A stretch of DNA of 64,000 bases, from positions 94,490,001 through 94,554,000 of the forward strand of contig CM059431.1 of assembly GCA_030390025.1 (NCBI GenBank), written 5' to 3'. This DNA is from Squalus acanthias (taxonomy: Eukaryota). Positions within the stretch are counted from its first letter, which is position 1. The number at the start of each line of letters is the position of its first letter. A program made the translations under genes and the position numbers. The notes beneath the pieces are model-generated. The model was not told the origin of the DNA, did not search any database, and was given only the letters and a program-made list of their open reading frames with translations. Positions 1 to 13,204 of this stretch are shown piece by piece.

Positions 1-265
1 AGCAGACTGTTGGATTCCCTTTTATGTTAGCTGCCAATCTATTCTCGTACTGTCTGTTTGCCCCTCTTATTTCCTTTTTCACTTCTCCTCTGTACTTTTT
101 ATATTCAGCCTGATTCTCCCTTGTGTTATCTTGCTGACATCTGTCATACGTCCCCATTTTCTGCTTCATCCTACTCTTTAACTCCTTCGTCAACCAGGGA
201 GCTCTGACTTTGGTTGCCCACCCTTTCCCACTTATGGGAATGTATTTAGACTGTACCCGAACCAT
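1..265 (-). mobile_element. CR1-type LINE ORF2 internal fragment
   Basis: Minus strand reads like RQYENRLAANIKGNP, matching the ORF2 linker of the other CR1 copies in the window. Confidence 0.6.
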
Positions 266-363
266 ACAATAGCAAAATACTGCGGGTGCTGGAAATCTGA
301 AATAACAAGAGAAAATGCTGGAAACACTCAGCAGGCCAGGCAGCATCGAGGAGAGAGAAACAG

Positions 364-400
364 AGTTAACGTTTCTGGTCGAGGACCCTTCGTCAGAACT
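364..400 (-). ncRNA. Minimal type I hammerhead ribozyme motif in Penelope pLTR
   Basis: Minus strand AGUU-CUGACGA-AGGGUC-CUC-GACCA-GAAA-CG-UU-AACU: conserved core, helix I AGUU/AACU, helix II, loopless palindromic helix III (ACGU). Confidence 0.7.
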
Positions 401-427
401 GGACAAGGTTAAAGAGAGATTTTTAAG

Positions 428-850
428 CATAAGAACATAAGGAATAGGAGCAGGAGTAGGCCATTCGGTCCTTCGAGCCTGATCTGCCATTCAATGAGAT
501 CATGGCTGATCTTCTGCCTTAACTCCATTCACCGGCCCTATCGCCATATCCCTTGATGCCCTTACTAGTCAGAAATCTATCGACTTCTATTTTGAATATA
601 CGCAATGACTGAGCCTCCACAGCCCTCTGGGGTAGAGAATTCCAAAGATTCATCACCCTCTGTGTGAAGAAATTTCTTCTCATCTCAGTCCTGAATGGCC
701 TACCCTTGATCTTGAGGCTGTGGCCCCTGGTTCTAGAATCCCCAGCCAAGGGAAACATTCTCCCAGCATCCATCCTATCAAGCCCTGTAATAATTTTGTA
801 TGCTTCAATGAGATCCCCTCTTATTCTTCTGAATTCAAGAGAATACAGGC
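428..850 (-). mobile_element. 5'-truncated CR1 LINE 3' end
   Basis: ORF 519..917 (LYSLEFRR..RGDLIE..FFTQRV..LWNSLP), 3'UTR and (TTCTTATG)n tail; nearly the same as the 3' end of the element ending at 45070. Confidence 0.9.
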
Positions 851-889
851 AAGTGCAAGGACAGGGATAGGGAGGAGGGGAGGAAAGAA

Positions 890-3800
890 GCCCTGTGGAA
901 TGCACATCCTGTGCCATGTGAGAAGTCCTGGATGCTTCTCATGGCCTGGACGACCACGCGTACGGGAAGTGTCGCCAACTGCAGCAACTCGAGCTCCGGG
1001 TTTCGAGGCTGAAAGTTACGTAGATAGCACGTTTTTGGAGGTGGTCACCTCGCAGCTTAAGAGTATGCAGACAGAGAGGGAATGGGTGACCGACAGACAG
1101 AAGAGGAGGACCAGGCAGGTAGTGCAGGATTCCCCTGAGTGCATCTCGCTTGCTAACCAGTATTCAGTTCTGGATACTGGTGAGGGCGATGGTTCCTCTG
1201 GGGAGTGCAGCCAGAGCCAAGTCCATGGCACCATGGGTGGCTCAGCTGCACAGATGGGGAGGAAGAAGAGCAATAGTGGTAGGGGATTCAATAGTTAGGA
1301 GAATAGACAGGCGTTTCTGCGGCCGCAGACGTGACTCCAGGATGGTATGTTGCCTTCCTGGTGCCAGGGTCAAGGATGTCACTGAACGGCTGCAGGACAT
1401 TCTGAGGGGGGAGGGTGAACAGCCAGAGGTCGTGATCCACATCGGTACCAACCACATAGGTAGAGAGGGCTGAGATCCTGCAGGCAGATTTTTGGGAGCT
1501 AGGAAACAGATTCAAAAGCAGGACCTCAAAGGTAGTAATCTCCGGATTACTCCCAGTGCCATGTGCTAGTGAGTACAGGAATAGGAGGATAGAACAGATG
1601 AATGCGTGGCTGGAGAGATGGTGCAGGAGGGAGGGTTTTAGATTCCTGAGGCATTGGGACCGTTTCTGGGGGAGGTGGGACCTGTACAAGCCGGACAGGT
1701 TGCACCTCAACAGGAACCAATATCCTCGCGGCAGGGTTTGCTAGTGCTGTTGGGGAGGGTTTAAACTAGCTTGGCAGGGGGATGGGAACCTGAGAGTGGA
1801 TTCAAAAGGGAGAGAAGCAAAGCTGGAAATGGAAGGCAGAAAATTAGTAAGCGAGTTTAGAAGGCAGAGGAAACAAGGGCTAGGAAATAGACAACAAGGG
1901 AGTTTGGCAGTGCTAAATGGTATATACTTCAACGCAAGGAATCTAGGGAATAAAGCAAATGAGCTGAAGGCATGTGGGATTATGATATTATAGCTATTAC
2001 TGAGACATGGCTGAAAGAAGGGCAGGAATGGCAGCTCAACATTCCTGGTTACAGGGTTTTCAGACGAGATAGAGAGAGGGATAAAAAAGGAGGGGGTTCG
2101 CAATATTGATTAAAGAATTAATTACAGCTGTGAAGAGGGAGGATATCTTAGAAGGATCATCATATGAGTCCATATGGGTTGAACTGAAAAACAAAAAAGG
2201 GGCAATCACACTGCTGGGAGTGTACTATAGACCTCCGAACAGTCAGAGGGAGATAGAAGAGCAAATATGTAGACACATTTCTGAGACATGCAAAAATAGG
2301 GCAGTAATAGTAGGGGATTTCAACTTCCCTAATATTAACTGGGATAAAATTAGTGTGAAAGGTATAGAGGGAGCAGAATTCTGAAAATGCATTCAGGAGA
2401 ACTTTTTTAGCCAGTATGTAGCAAGCCCAACAAGAGAGGGGGCGATTCTGGACATAGTTTTAGAGAATGAAGCTGGGCAGGTGGAAAGGGTATCAGTGGG
2501 AGAGCATATTGGTGGTAGTGATCATAATTCAGTTAGATTTTGGGTAGTTATGGAAAAGGACAAGGATAGATCAGGAATAAAAGTTCTCAATTCGGGAAAA
2601 GCTAATTTTACTAAGCTGAGAGGTGATTTAGCCAAAGTGGACTGGAGACCGAAACTTGATGGTAAATCAGTGTCAGAACAGTGGGAGGCATTCAAGGAGG
2701 AGATAGTGCGCGTTCAGAGCAAGTATGTTCCCTTAAAGAAAAAGGGTGGGACTAACAAATCTAGAGCTCCCTGGATGTCAAGGGGTATACAGGGTAGGAT
2801 AAAGAAAAAAAGGGAAGCTTATGACAGATACCGAGGACTCAATACTGCAGAAAGCCGAGAGGAGTATAGAAAGTGCAGGGGTGAAATTAAAAAGGAAATT
2901 AGGAAAGCAAAGAGAGGGCTTGAAAAAATATTGGCAAGTAAAATCAAGGAAAACCCAAAGATGTTTTGTAAATATATTAAGAGCAAAAGTAAGAGTAGGG
3001 CCTATTAGGGGCCATAAAGGTAATCTGTGTGTGGAAGGGGAAGACATGGGTATGGTTCTTAATGAATACTTTGTGTCTGTTTTCACAAAAGAGAGGGACA
3101 ATGGAGACATTGCAATCAGGGAGGAGGAGTGTGAAATATTAGATGAAATAAACATAGTGAAAGAGGAAGTATTAACGGATTTAGCATCTTTGAAAGTGGA
3201 TAAATCCCCAGGCCCGGATGAAATGTATCTCAGACTGTGAAGAGAAGTAAGAGAGGAAATAGCAGAGGCCCTGACCATCATTTTTCAATCCTCTCTGGCT
3301 ACAGATGTGGTGCTGGAGGACTGCTAATGTGGTACCTTTGTTTAAAAAGGGAGAAAGGGATAGACCGAGTAATTACAGGCCACTCAGCCTAACCTCGATG
3401 GTGGGAAAATTATTGGAAAAAATTCTGAGGCACAGGATAAATCTTCATTTAGAAAGACATGGATTCATCAGGGACAGTCAGCATGGATTTGTTAACGGAA
3501 GGTCGTGTCTGACAAACTTGATTGAATTTTTTGAGGAGGTAACAAGGAGGGTCGATGAGGGTAGTGCGTTTGATGTAGTCTGTATGGATTTAGCAAGGCT
3601 TTTGCTAAGATCCCACATGGCAGACTGGTCACGAAAGGAAAAGCCCATGGGATCCAAGACAAAGTGGCAAGTTGTATCCAAAATTGGCTCAGAGGCAGGA
3701 AACAAAGGGTAATGGTCGAAGAGTGTTTTTGTGACTGAAAGGCTGTTTCCAGTGGGGTTCCGCAGGGCTCAGTACTGGGTCCTTTGCTTTTTGTGGTACA

Positions 3801-4758
3801 TATCAATGATTTGGACTTGAATGTAGGAAATATGATTAAGAAGTTTGCAGATGATACAAAAATTGACCGTGTGGTTGATAATGAAGAAGAAAGCTGCAGA
3901 CTGCAGAAAGATATCAATGGACTGGTCAGATGGGCAGAACAGTGGCAAATGGAATTCAATCTGGAGAAGTGTGAAGTAATGCATTTGGGGAGGGCTTACA
4001 AGGCAAGGGAATACACTATAAATGGTAGGACACTGAGAAGTGCAGAAGAACAGAGGGACCTTGGAGTGCATATCCACAGATCACTGAAGGTAGCAGGACA
4101 GGTAGATAAGGTGGTTAAGAAGGCATACGGGATATTTGCCTTTATTAGCCGAGGCATAGAATATAAGAGCAGGGAGGTTATGCTTGAACTATATAAAACA
4201 CTAGTTAGGCTGCAGCTAGAATACTGCGTGCAGTTCTGGTCACCACATTACAGGAAGGATGTGATTGCACTAGAGGGGGTGCAGAGAAGATTTACGAGGA
4301 TGTTGCCTGGGCTGGGGAATTTTAGCTATGAGGAAAGATTGGATAGGCTGGGGTTGTTTTCTTTGGAACAGAGGAGGCTGAGGGGAGAACTAATTGAGGT
4401 GTATAAAATTATGAGGGGCCTAGATAGAGTGGATAGGAAGGACCTATTTCCCTTAGCAGAAGAGTCAATAACCAGGGGGCATAGATTTAAAGTAATTGGT
4501 CGGAGGTTTAGAGGGGATTTGAGGAGAATTTTTTTCACCCAGAGGGTGGTGGGGGTCCAGAACTCACTGCCTGAAAGGGTGGTAGAGGCAGAGACCCTCA
4601 TCACATTTAAAAAGTACTTGGATATGCACTTGAAGTGCCGTAACCTACAAGGCTACGGATCAAGTGCTGGAAAGTGGGATTAGGGTGGATAGCTCTTTGT
4701 CGGCCGGCACGGACAAGATGGGCCGAATGGCCTCCTTCCATGTTGTAAATTTCTATGA
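890..4758 (+). mobile_element. Near full-length CR1 LINE, degenerate (ORF1 esterase; ORF2 APE endonuclease + RT)
   Basis: AIVVGDSIVR/VIHIGTN (SGNH esterase), VYYRPPN/VGDFNFP/SDHN (APE), QHGF..GRSCLTNL, KFADDTK (RT); multiple frameshifts and stops. Confidence 0.95.
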
Positions 4759-5365
4759 GCTTCCACCCACCTTACTTTACCTAACACTATCAGTATATTC
4801 TTCTATTACTTCCTCCCTCTTGAACTTATCTAGCTTCCCCTTAAAAGCATCTATGCTATTCGCCTCAACTACTCCATATGGTAGCAAGTTCCACATTTTG
4901 CCCATTTTCTGGGTAACAAAGATTCTCCTGAATTCCTTGTTGGATTTATTAGTGACAATCTTATAGGTATGCTAGCTATGATTATACCGATCCCTCCAGT
5001 TGAGGCGTGGTGATCTGTGTTGAGATCGAGCCAGGCTTCACTCTGGTGTAGTGCTTGAATCCCTTGGGGGAAAAAGAAAATTTGTGATCAAGCAGCTAGT
5101 GATGTAACGCCATTCATACATGGGTGGGGAGGTAATTTTCAACTTCGCCGCCCCATTGGCAACCTGGCCAAGTGAATCCCCCTATTGCAGAACCCACCTG
5201 ATTCTCATCTCATTGAAATTGATGCAATTGAAAATGACCCATGCTCATTACATCACTATTGAACTGCTATGTTGAAGCAATGGGAGCATCAGGATTTTCC
5301 ATTCTCTACAATGAATGAATGGAAAATCCTGGCCTCCCCACCTGAATAACCGATATATACATATA

Positions 5366-6256
5366 GGGGGAAAAATTCAGTCGCGCCCCATTTGGGGCGC
5401 AAATATCAGCCGGGCGTAAAGATTAGTGCCTGGCGCTAATTATCGCCACCGACTGCAAACTTGACTTTTATCGCCCCTGGAGGTGATTGCAGCGCTAAAT
5501 CAGGCGCTTCACACCTGTCTTAAGGCGCAAAGGCCGAGGAGCGAGGCGCTACCTCAGAGCGCTGGCGAAGCTCATGTAATGTCAGTCAGCAATGGAACAC
5601 ACACACAATGGCACGGGCCAGTTCTTAAAGGGGATGGTTAATCTTGCTTTCCATCCACATCCTGCTCATTGCAGCGTTGAATCTCGGCCTGGAGAGACCT
5701 GCACTTCAATTGTGCTGGAAAGAACAATGGAGAGTACCAGGCAAAGAGCTCAGAGTGCAGCCCCCACAGTCTCTGCTAAATCGATACAAGGAATGGCAAA
5801 TCAAAATGAACCTGCAAAGTGCTGCTCAGTACCCAAAACTCCTTCACACAACGTTGAATCTCTCCAGAAGTCTCTCCCTCTCTCTCTCAGAATGCGTAGT
5901 TCAAAAATGGCACCAACAATAAAAGGCAGGAAGCGGTCACCTTTACATAGCGCTCCCCCTTTCCCTTCATGACTGCAGAACGCTCCCCTCAACCTGTCGT
6001 TGCTAGCGTCAGGCGGTAAGGCAGGGGGCGCCACTCAATATCCGCTCCGGGGCGATACCGGGGCGTTGCGCACTCGAGTGACGCCATGATCGGCCGGCGC
6101 AGGAGATCGTGGCGGTAGTGTTTAGCGCCACCGCAAAATGTCATTAATTTCGCGAGCGACGCAAACTTCGCCGCGCCTGGGCGCTAGATGCTTTGTGCCC
6201 CATTAGTGCCCTCTTAAGGCGCTAACAGGAGGCGCAACCAACTGAATTTTTCCCCC
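5366..6256 (+). mobile_element. Non-autonomous PIF/Harbinger-type element, copy 1 (about 890 bp, CpG-rich)
   Basis: TIRs GGGGGAAAAATTCAGT / ACTGAATTTTTCCCCC, 3-bp TSD ATA; homologous along its length to 16666-17567 in inverted orientation. Confidence 0.85.
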
Positions 6257-7614
6257 ATAGTGTCCCCGGCACGCAAAGCGGCAGAAAGGGTGTTGTAAAT
6301 AAAGCATTTTGTTTTACTTGGAACAACAGTGTCTGTCTTCTATTCGATAAAGAGCCAGAGATGAAAAACATTCTGCAGTTTTCTTTCACTGTGCTTGGCT
6401 AAAAACAAGAAACAGTTGGGCTCTTGTCTGGTATAAGGCAAACTCAGGACTGTGCGATTTGCTGTGGTCGGATTGATGTATAAGCAATTCTGTTGCAACA
6501 GAAAACAGAACATCATGTAGACTTTAGGTTTGTGAGTACGTGTGTGTGTGCATATGTGTGTCTATATATACATGTGAGCGTATTGGAAGCATCTGAGGGT
6601 TTCTATAAAGCAGTATATAGAAGTCATACCACACGTAAGCCCTGTTATCAGAAGAGGTTGTGAGTTGCAAAATGGTGGATGGTAATTGCTGGTGACATCA
6701 CATTACCAGCACAACATGGTAGAATTGACAGACAAGAGAATGGTTCCGTTGCAACACATTTAGCACAAATTTGATTGCTTCACAAATGCAGCCCTTTGTA
6801 AAGTCATTCTTAAAGCTTCACACTTATTTGGAAACAAGAGCTCTGAAAATCTGTGAACTTTTTGGTGGATTCGGATCACGATTGCGGCGGGAGGGGAGGG
6901 GATTTGTGGCGGCCACCTGTTTATGTTGGGTCTGCGCTCCATTTGTGCAGTGCAAGGGTTTCCTGGGAGGGTGGGCAATTTCTACATCCGCCCTCTTTGA
7001 ACCTACTGTCACTACCCGTGCACTTTATTTAAATTGCCTGGCACCAGAAGTTCTGAGGGGGGGTCAAGTGCGTAAACGGTTAGCGCTGGAAAAATCCCAC
7101 TTCATCAGTGTTATGGCGACGGAATGGGTTCACATATTTTCAGCCGCCAGAGATCAATATTCATGCCCACCCCTTTTACACCAGGTACGCATTTCCAGGG
7201 GGACTGTGTAAAGCTGCAGGAAGCTCCATCTAAAACTATGTGCAAACTCCTGACTAACCATCATGCTGGAGGATTCTTCTGAAGCATTCCAATCACAATA
7301 GGGTTGATTCCACACCCCCACGCTCCAGCATGCAATGTTGCTCGCATGAAGCACATCACAGTTGCACAATTCATGATTTTCCACCATTAAAATGAATAAA
7401 TGGGAAATCACAGCCCGAGCGTCCATGATTTCCCACCATGCACTCCCTTGGGGCACAAAATCAGCCCCAGCACTTCAGGCTTCCTTTAAATACTGAAACG
7501 TACGCAGGAGAAATTTCCTGATGTTAGTACGTGCAGGACACTCAATGGCACGTAGGGTTGCTAGGGATTGAACAATTGTACAGAGTTAATTTAAAGGGCA
7601 CACAGTGATATAAG

Positions 7615-9158
7615 GGCCCGGATTTTGTGGTAAGTTTAGTGGTGAGGCTATCAGCGCTCACCATTATTAAGGAGTAAATCAGACAGTGTCTGCATATGCA
7701 TAGTTAAATGTGGAAATCAGGAAGTTGCTGTCCGATTTGCCCTGCTCCTCCACAAGCTTTGCTACACAGGTACCTCGCCCAGAGACTCGGTATTCACACA
7801 CATGAAGGGTGTGAAGTTGCGGTACTTACCCACTAGAAACCCATTAAACACGCCAGATAAAAGTTGCATTCAAGTGTAAGTGAATTTTTAACAGTGATAA
7901 GTCTTAATTACTGCCAAACAACCTCTCCGGCACTGAAAATTTATTTTCAAGTGTGGAGTCTCATTCCATCAGATTTTAATTATTGTTGGAGATTTAAAAA
8001 AAATTAAAAATTGAAAAATTATTTTTACATTTTCTTTCTTTCTCTTTTATCTCTCTCTCCTAATCCCATATTTCTTTCCCTCTCTTTATTTTGCTTTCTG
8101 TACATGCTTTTACATTGAATTAAATATTCTAATTTACACTTCCTGGTTTAGACTGTGGCAATGTTCTTGTTAAGCTGCATGGCCGTGTGGCGCTTTGGAG
8201 GTCCCACGCCAGCCGCTTGCTGACTTCACAATGGAAAAAGCACGCATGTGCGGAAATTTGAATGGGCCGTGCGACCCTTTAAAGGGGCCATGCACCCAAA
8301 AAAAATAGAGGAAACATTGCTCTGCGGCCCTGATATTTAATGGGGTGGGATTTCCAAGATTTCTCTGATTGACAGGCTTGGCTCCCTGTCGGGTGGGGAA
8401 TGCTCCAGAAGAGGCAGCAGCAGAGGAGCAGGTAAGTTCCTGCTGCTCGGGGTAGAGATCGCAGTGGAGGTTGGGGGTACAGAGTGACTTATAGGGTCGG
8501 TCTGGCTGGGGAGACTAGAACTAGGGGGCATAGTCTCAGGATAAGGGGTCAGCCATTTAGGACTGAGGTGAAGAGAAGTTTCTTCACTCAGAGGGTTGTG
8601 AATCTTTGGAATTCTCTACCCCAGAGGGCTGTGAATGCTGAGTCTTTGGATATATTCAAGACTGAGAGCGATAGATTTTTGGACTCTAGGAGAATCAAGG
8701 GATATGGAGAGCGGGAGGGAAAGTAGAGTTGAGGTCGAAGATCAGCCATGATCTTATTGAATGGTGGAGCAGGTTCGAGGGGCTGTTTGGCCTACTCCTG
8801 CTCCCATTTCTTCTGTTCTTATGTTCTTATGTTTACCTGTTGGGTTTCCCGAGGCCCAGGCTTCCTTGGTTGCCCATCCCCCATCCTGCCTCCATTAAAA
8901 GTGGGCAGGTTCGAAGGCGGGTTGGGTTTGGGTTTGAGATTTTTTACATTTTAACATCCCACCCAAACCCACCCGTTTTTGATTAAAATTAGCCCCGATG
9001 TGCCTCAATCTGATTGATTGATGAGACATGCCCTGTTCACACAGATCCAAGATTGTCTGATAGTCGCAAATCACAGTGTAAAAGAACTTCTGTGGCCAAG
9101 TTTAAGCGTAATGAACGGCAAACGCCATTCGTTCGCCGCTGACCGCAAAATCCAGGCC
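7615..9158. mobile_element. Non-autonomous Harbinger-type element with nested insertions
   Basis: TIRs GGCCCGGATTTTGTGGT / ACCGCAAAATCCAGGCC; contains a small TIR element (about 8157-8320) and a second MITE (about 8326-8996) that itself holds a CR1 3' end. Confidence 0.65.
8490..8832 (+). mobile_element. CR1 LINE 3' end
   Basis: ORF 8484..8726 ETRTRGHSLRIRG..FFTQRVVNLWNSLP; tail TTCTTATGTTCTTATG. Confidence 0.9.
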
Positions 9159-9363
9159 AATGTCATCGCCTCAGGCCTTCACTACATTGCTATTTGTCAC
9201 TTTTATTTGTTTCTTTAATGCTCGCACTTGGGTTCTTTGGTGCCTTTGAGGGAGACTTTTGGTTTGGATGCTGAACAGCCATGATATCGCTGATGCGCCC
9301 ACGGCACCCGTCCAACACGGCAGTCAGGGTTTCCAAACCACTTTCAGGTTTGGCCCTTATTAA

Positions 9364-10112
9364 TGGACCAGGTTTTGCTGTAGCAGGGCATCTAAAGGCA
9401 TCTGCCGTAAGTTAGGCTTGCCCCTGCACCATTCAGCTCAAAATAATTTTGCCCACAAAGCTGAAAGGGCGAGCTGATAATGGAAGGAAGCAGGGCAGCT
9501 GGATCTGAGTGAACAGGGCAACCAAGAGGGTATCTCCTCAACCCAATGAGATTTAAGGATTGGGAAATAAATAGTGGAAGGACTGAGAAGGAGGGTGAAA
9601 TCGAGTGGGTGAATTCAATGTCAAATCAGGTACAGAAAGAAAGATTGGATTAAGAGAGAGGGAAAAAGATACAGAAAGTAAAAATAAGATAAAAATATTG
9701 ACATTTTTAAAATCTCCCCAAATAATTCAAAACCTGAAGGACTGAGGCTCCACACTTGTAATAGTTAATTTTCAGAGCCAGAGAGGTTGATTGACAGTAA
9801 TTAACAATTTTCACAATTTTAAAAGGGTACTTATGCTACAAATTACTAGCCCTAAATATCTGCAGTGGGTTTAATTCGTATCTACCGTGCAAATACATCA
9901 ACTTCACGTCATTCAATGCATGTCAATGGTGAGGCAGACAGCAAAATGGCATTTTCACGAAGTTAATGGCGGAGCAGCGCAACTCGGACAGCAACCTTTG
10001 GATATTTGCATTTAACCACACATCTGCTCCTCGCCTGAAGTTGCTGTACCATTTACACGTAAATAACGGCAAGTGCCAGTTGCCTCACTGTTATTTACAG
10101 CAATATTTGGCT
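9364..10112. mobile_element. Diverged inverted relative of the 7615-9158 element
   Basis: 9710-9810 is the reverse complement of about 7905-7995; its right end mirrors the 7615 terminus. Confidence 0.6.
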
Positions 10113-11279
10113 CAGTATATTGTCAGCAAGCTCTGGGCGCCAAACGGGCACTCTGCTGCAGCTCAGTAGTTTCTCGAGGTGGAAAATCAGCCGACTGTAG
10201 CACCCAGATGCCTGGCAGGTAAGTCCAGTCTGACAACAGGTCGGCAGCAGGCCAGAAGATTTGTGTGGAAACCGAAAGATTTAAAGGCCTGCCTGAATGT
10301 TAATTCAGCCAGGCAAATTGGCCGATAACTTTCCTGCCACCAATGGATATCTCAATGGGAATCTCCAATGTCAACTTTTGAAGGAAGTGGAGGAGGTCCA
10401 AAGGAGTTTACATCACATTTCCACCATGGCTGATAATTCCAGCTGTACTTGCTATGAGGAGACCCATTGGAAAATCATCGAAGATCTGTTGGAACTTTCC
10501 CAGATTTGTGGCACACCCTCCCCCCAATTCATGCTGAGACAAATTCCCCTTCTTTCGGCCCCTCCCCCTCTTCTCCCTCTGAAACTATCATGACATGAGG
10601 AAATCCCACCCACAGCACGTACCAGAGTAGGTCAACAGCAGCTGTAATCAAACTGCGAACAAAATGATGTAAGTTTCTGATATCTGCAAAACAAAGAAAT
10701 CCATCAGCAATAACAATAACAACTTACATTTATATAGCGTCTTTAACATCCCAAAGCGAGGGCCGATTCCCTGCTATTGAACTCCCAGAAGGAAGCGATT
10801 CTCACTGAGCGAGCACTGCAGGAAACGTGGGCATGCAGCCCCTGAATTTCCATGCATTAAGTTTAGTGGCCAGAAAATGATGGCTCTGAGCGCCAATGTT
10901 TTTCCACAGTGCGCTTCTTGTGGGTGCTGCACCTTGTTGGGAGAGCAGAATCAGCCCTTTGCACTGTTTGAGATTATGCAGCACTTACAACATTGGAAAG
11001 GAGCACATGATTTTATGAGAGGCAGAGACTCGCGAGACGCGAGTGTGTGTCGGAGATAAGGCTACAACATTGAAGGCCCGATCCTGCGCCCTGTGCTCAC
11101 GCTTAGCAAGGCTCCACACTGGCTGTGAAGCCTCTTTATTTCTGACATACAGCATAAATTCCAGGCTGTGCTCCATCTCAGCAGCAAAATTACAGAATTA
11201 TCTGTTATCTCTACCAAATAAAAAGATTCTGACTATCTTTACATCACAAATTACAGATGCAAGCAATCTGACAGTACAG

Positions 11280-11595
11280 AAGTCTAGTGATTACATTGTT
11301 GAGCTAACAAGCCAGAGGTCATGAGTTTAAATCTCATCATGGCAAATTGTGAAACTAAATTAGAAAATCTGTGCCAGCACCAAAAAAATGCCCATGAAAG
11401 CTGCTGGATTGTCATTAAAAACCCAATTGGGTTACTACTAGCCTTCAAAAGGAATGTGTTGCCATGTAGCCAGTCTGGCCTATATGTGACTTCAGTACCA
11501 TACTACACGGTTGACTCTTAATGCCCTCAGTACAACTAGGGATGGACAATAAGTGCTGTCTTGTTGCTGTCACCCACACTGGAAAAAAATAATAG
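11280..11595 (+). mobile_element. tRNA-derived SINE sharing its 3' tail with the LINE at 48290-49585
   Basis: Degenerate A box (AGTCTAGTGA) and B box (GAGTTTAAATC); tail CTAGGGATGGACAATAAGTGCTG..CACCCACA matches the LINE end TTAGGGATGGGCAATAAATGCTGG..CACCCACA. Confidence 0.65.
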
Positions 11596-13204
11596 AATAA
11601 AGTCAGACAGATCAGACAGATGGACTATGAAGTCTTTTCCAGTTCTGCACTTTCCAATGTTCCTATGCCAGAAGTGTATGCAATGTGTTCCTAAGTGTGT
11701 TTTTGGCATAAAGTAGTCCTTCAATATGAAAAGTATTACAATCATCATTATTACTAAAATCATGTTGGAGATGTTGAATATTTATAACTTACTGTGTTAT
11801 ATACATTGGATCTATATGATAATAGTAGTTCCTGGAGTTAGCACCAAGGGGATACAATTATACACAAGCTGTGCTCAGTGCACTTATTTTATGGCAAATT
11901 GCACATGAGGGTAAATTTTATAAATGTACATTCCTGGCATGGTGTTTCATATCAGGAAATCGCACATCCATGCTTTTCCGTTCTTTCTTTAAAATGGATC
12001 AAAAATTGTGCTAACATGTCTTTGCATTTCTGATACACGCTTCCAGCGTGTGAGGCCACACAGCGGGATTGGACATTCAGAAAATGTACCCATTGGCATT
12101 TGCCGCCTACCAATCAGAATGTAGGTGAGTGAAGTGGGTTGTACGCATTTGGTACTTCAGTTTCCCTCTTACAATTCAGCACCATTGCATGTGCAAGAAG
12201 TATATGTACATGATGCCTATTGCAGTGTATATGCACCTGTATATCCAACTTTCTATGGAAACCAGTGTACCACTGACTCAAGTTTGTTATAGCCCAGCTG
12301 GCACAGGTGCAGTGGCATTCTTTAATATGCCACACCAACCATTCACAGGTACTTCAACCAAAGGCAGGGAATTCAGCAAGCTAAGATTCTATCCCAAAGA
12401 CTGAGGCCAGAATTTTCCGGGGTGTCAGCGGGCGGGATTGGTGGTGGGTCGGGTGGGAAAGTGCTTTTTTTGACAGTGGGTCCCGAACCCGCTGTGAACC
12501 AGCTGTAATGCACCTTTCCCAATGTTGGTTCTGTCAGCGCTGAGCAGACCCAACAGGCAGCGGCGGGCGACCCAATTAAACTCATTATAATGTACTTACC
12601 AGACCCTTAACAGGCTTTATAATCTTACTTTTTAACTTTAACTTCATGGTCACGGGAACTACGCTGTTCAGTGACCACAACTGTACCCAGGTCCTCCTGA
12701 CCACATCCCTGTTTGTGCCTTCCTGTGCCAGGGTTGAGGTCTTGTCAGTGTTGAGAGGGGAGAAAAGAAAGAACTTGCATTTATATAGCCCCATTATTAA
12801 GGTAATTGGCAAAAGAATGAGAGGTGACATGAGGAGAATTTTTTTTACACAGCGAGTTGTTGTGCACTGCCTGAAAGGGCGGTGGAAGCAGATTCAACAG
12901 TAACTTCCAAAAAGGAATTGGATAAATACTTGAAGGAGGAAAAATTGCTGGGCTTGGGGAAAGAGCAGGGGAGTGGAATTAATTGGATAGCTCTTTCAAA
13001 GAGCCCGCACAGGCATGATGGGCTGAATGGCCTTTTTCTGTGTTGTATGATTCTTGTGCTCAGGACTTCCCTAAGCACATCACAGCCAATGAAGTATTTT
13101 TGAAGTGCTGTCACTGTTGCAGTGTAGGCAAACACAGCAGCCAATTTCTGCACAGCAAAGTCCCACAAACAGCAATGGGATGAATGATCAAATCACCTGT
13201 TTTA

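Larger units (their letters stand above)
267..889 (-). mobile_element. Penelope-like element pseudo-LTR fragment (267-427 and 851-889), split by a CR1 insertion
   Basis: Reverse complement of the pLTR at about 37360-37575 that precedes the Penelope RT ORF. Confidence 0.75.

Noticed and set aside
5592..5972. ORFs shared by the two inverted ~900-bp elements as a conserved gene
   Set aside because: Frames differ between copies through indels and a microsatellite; the similarity just reflects the repeat
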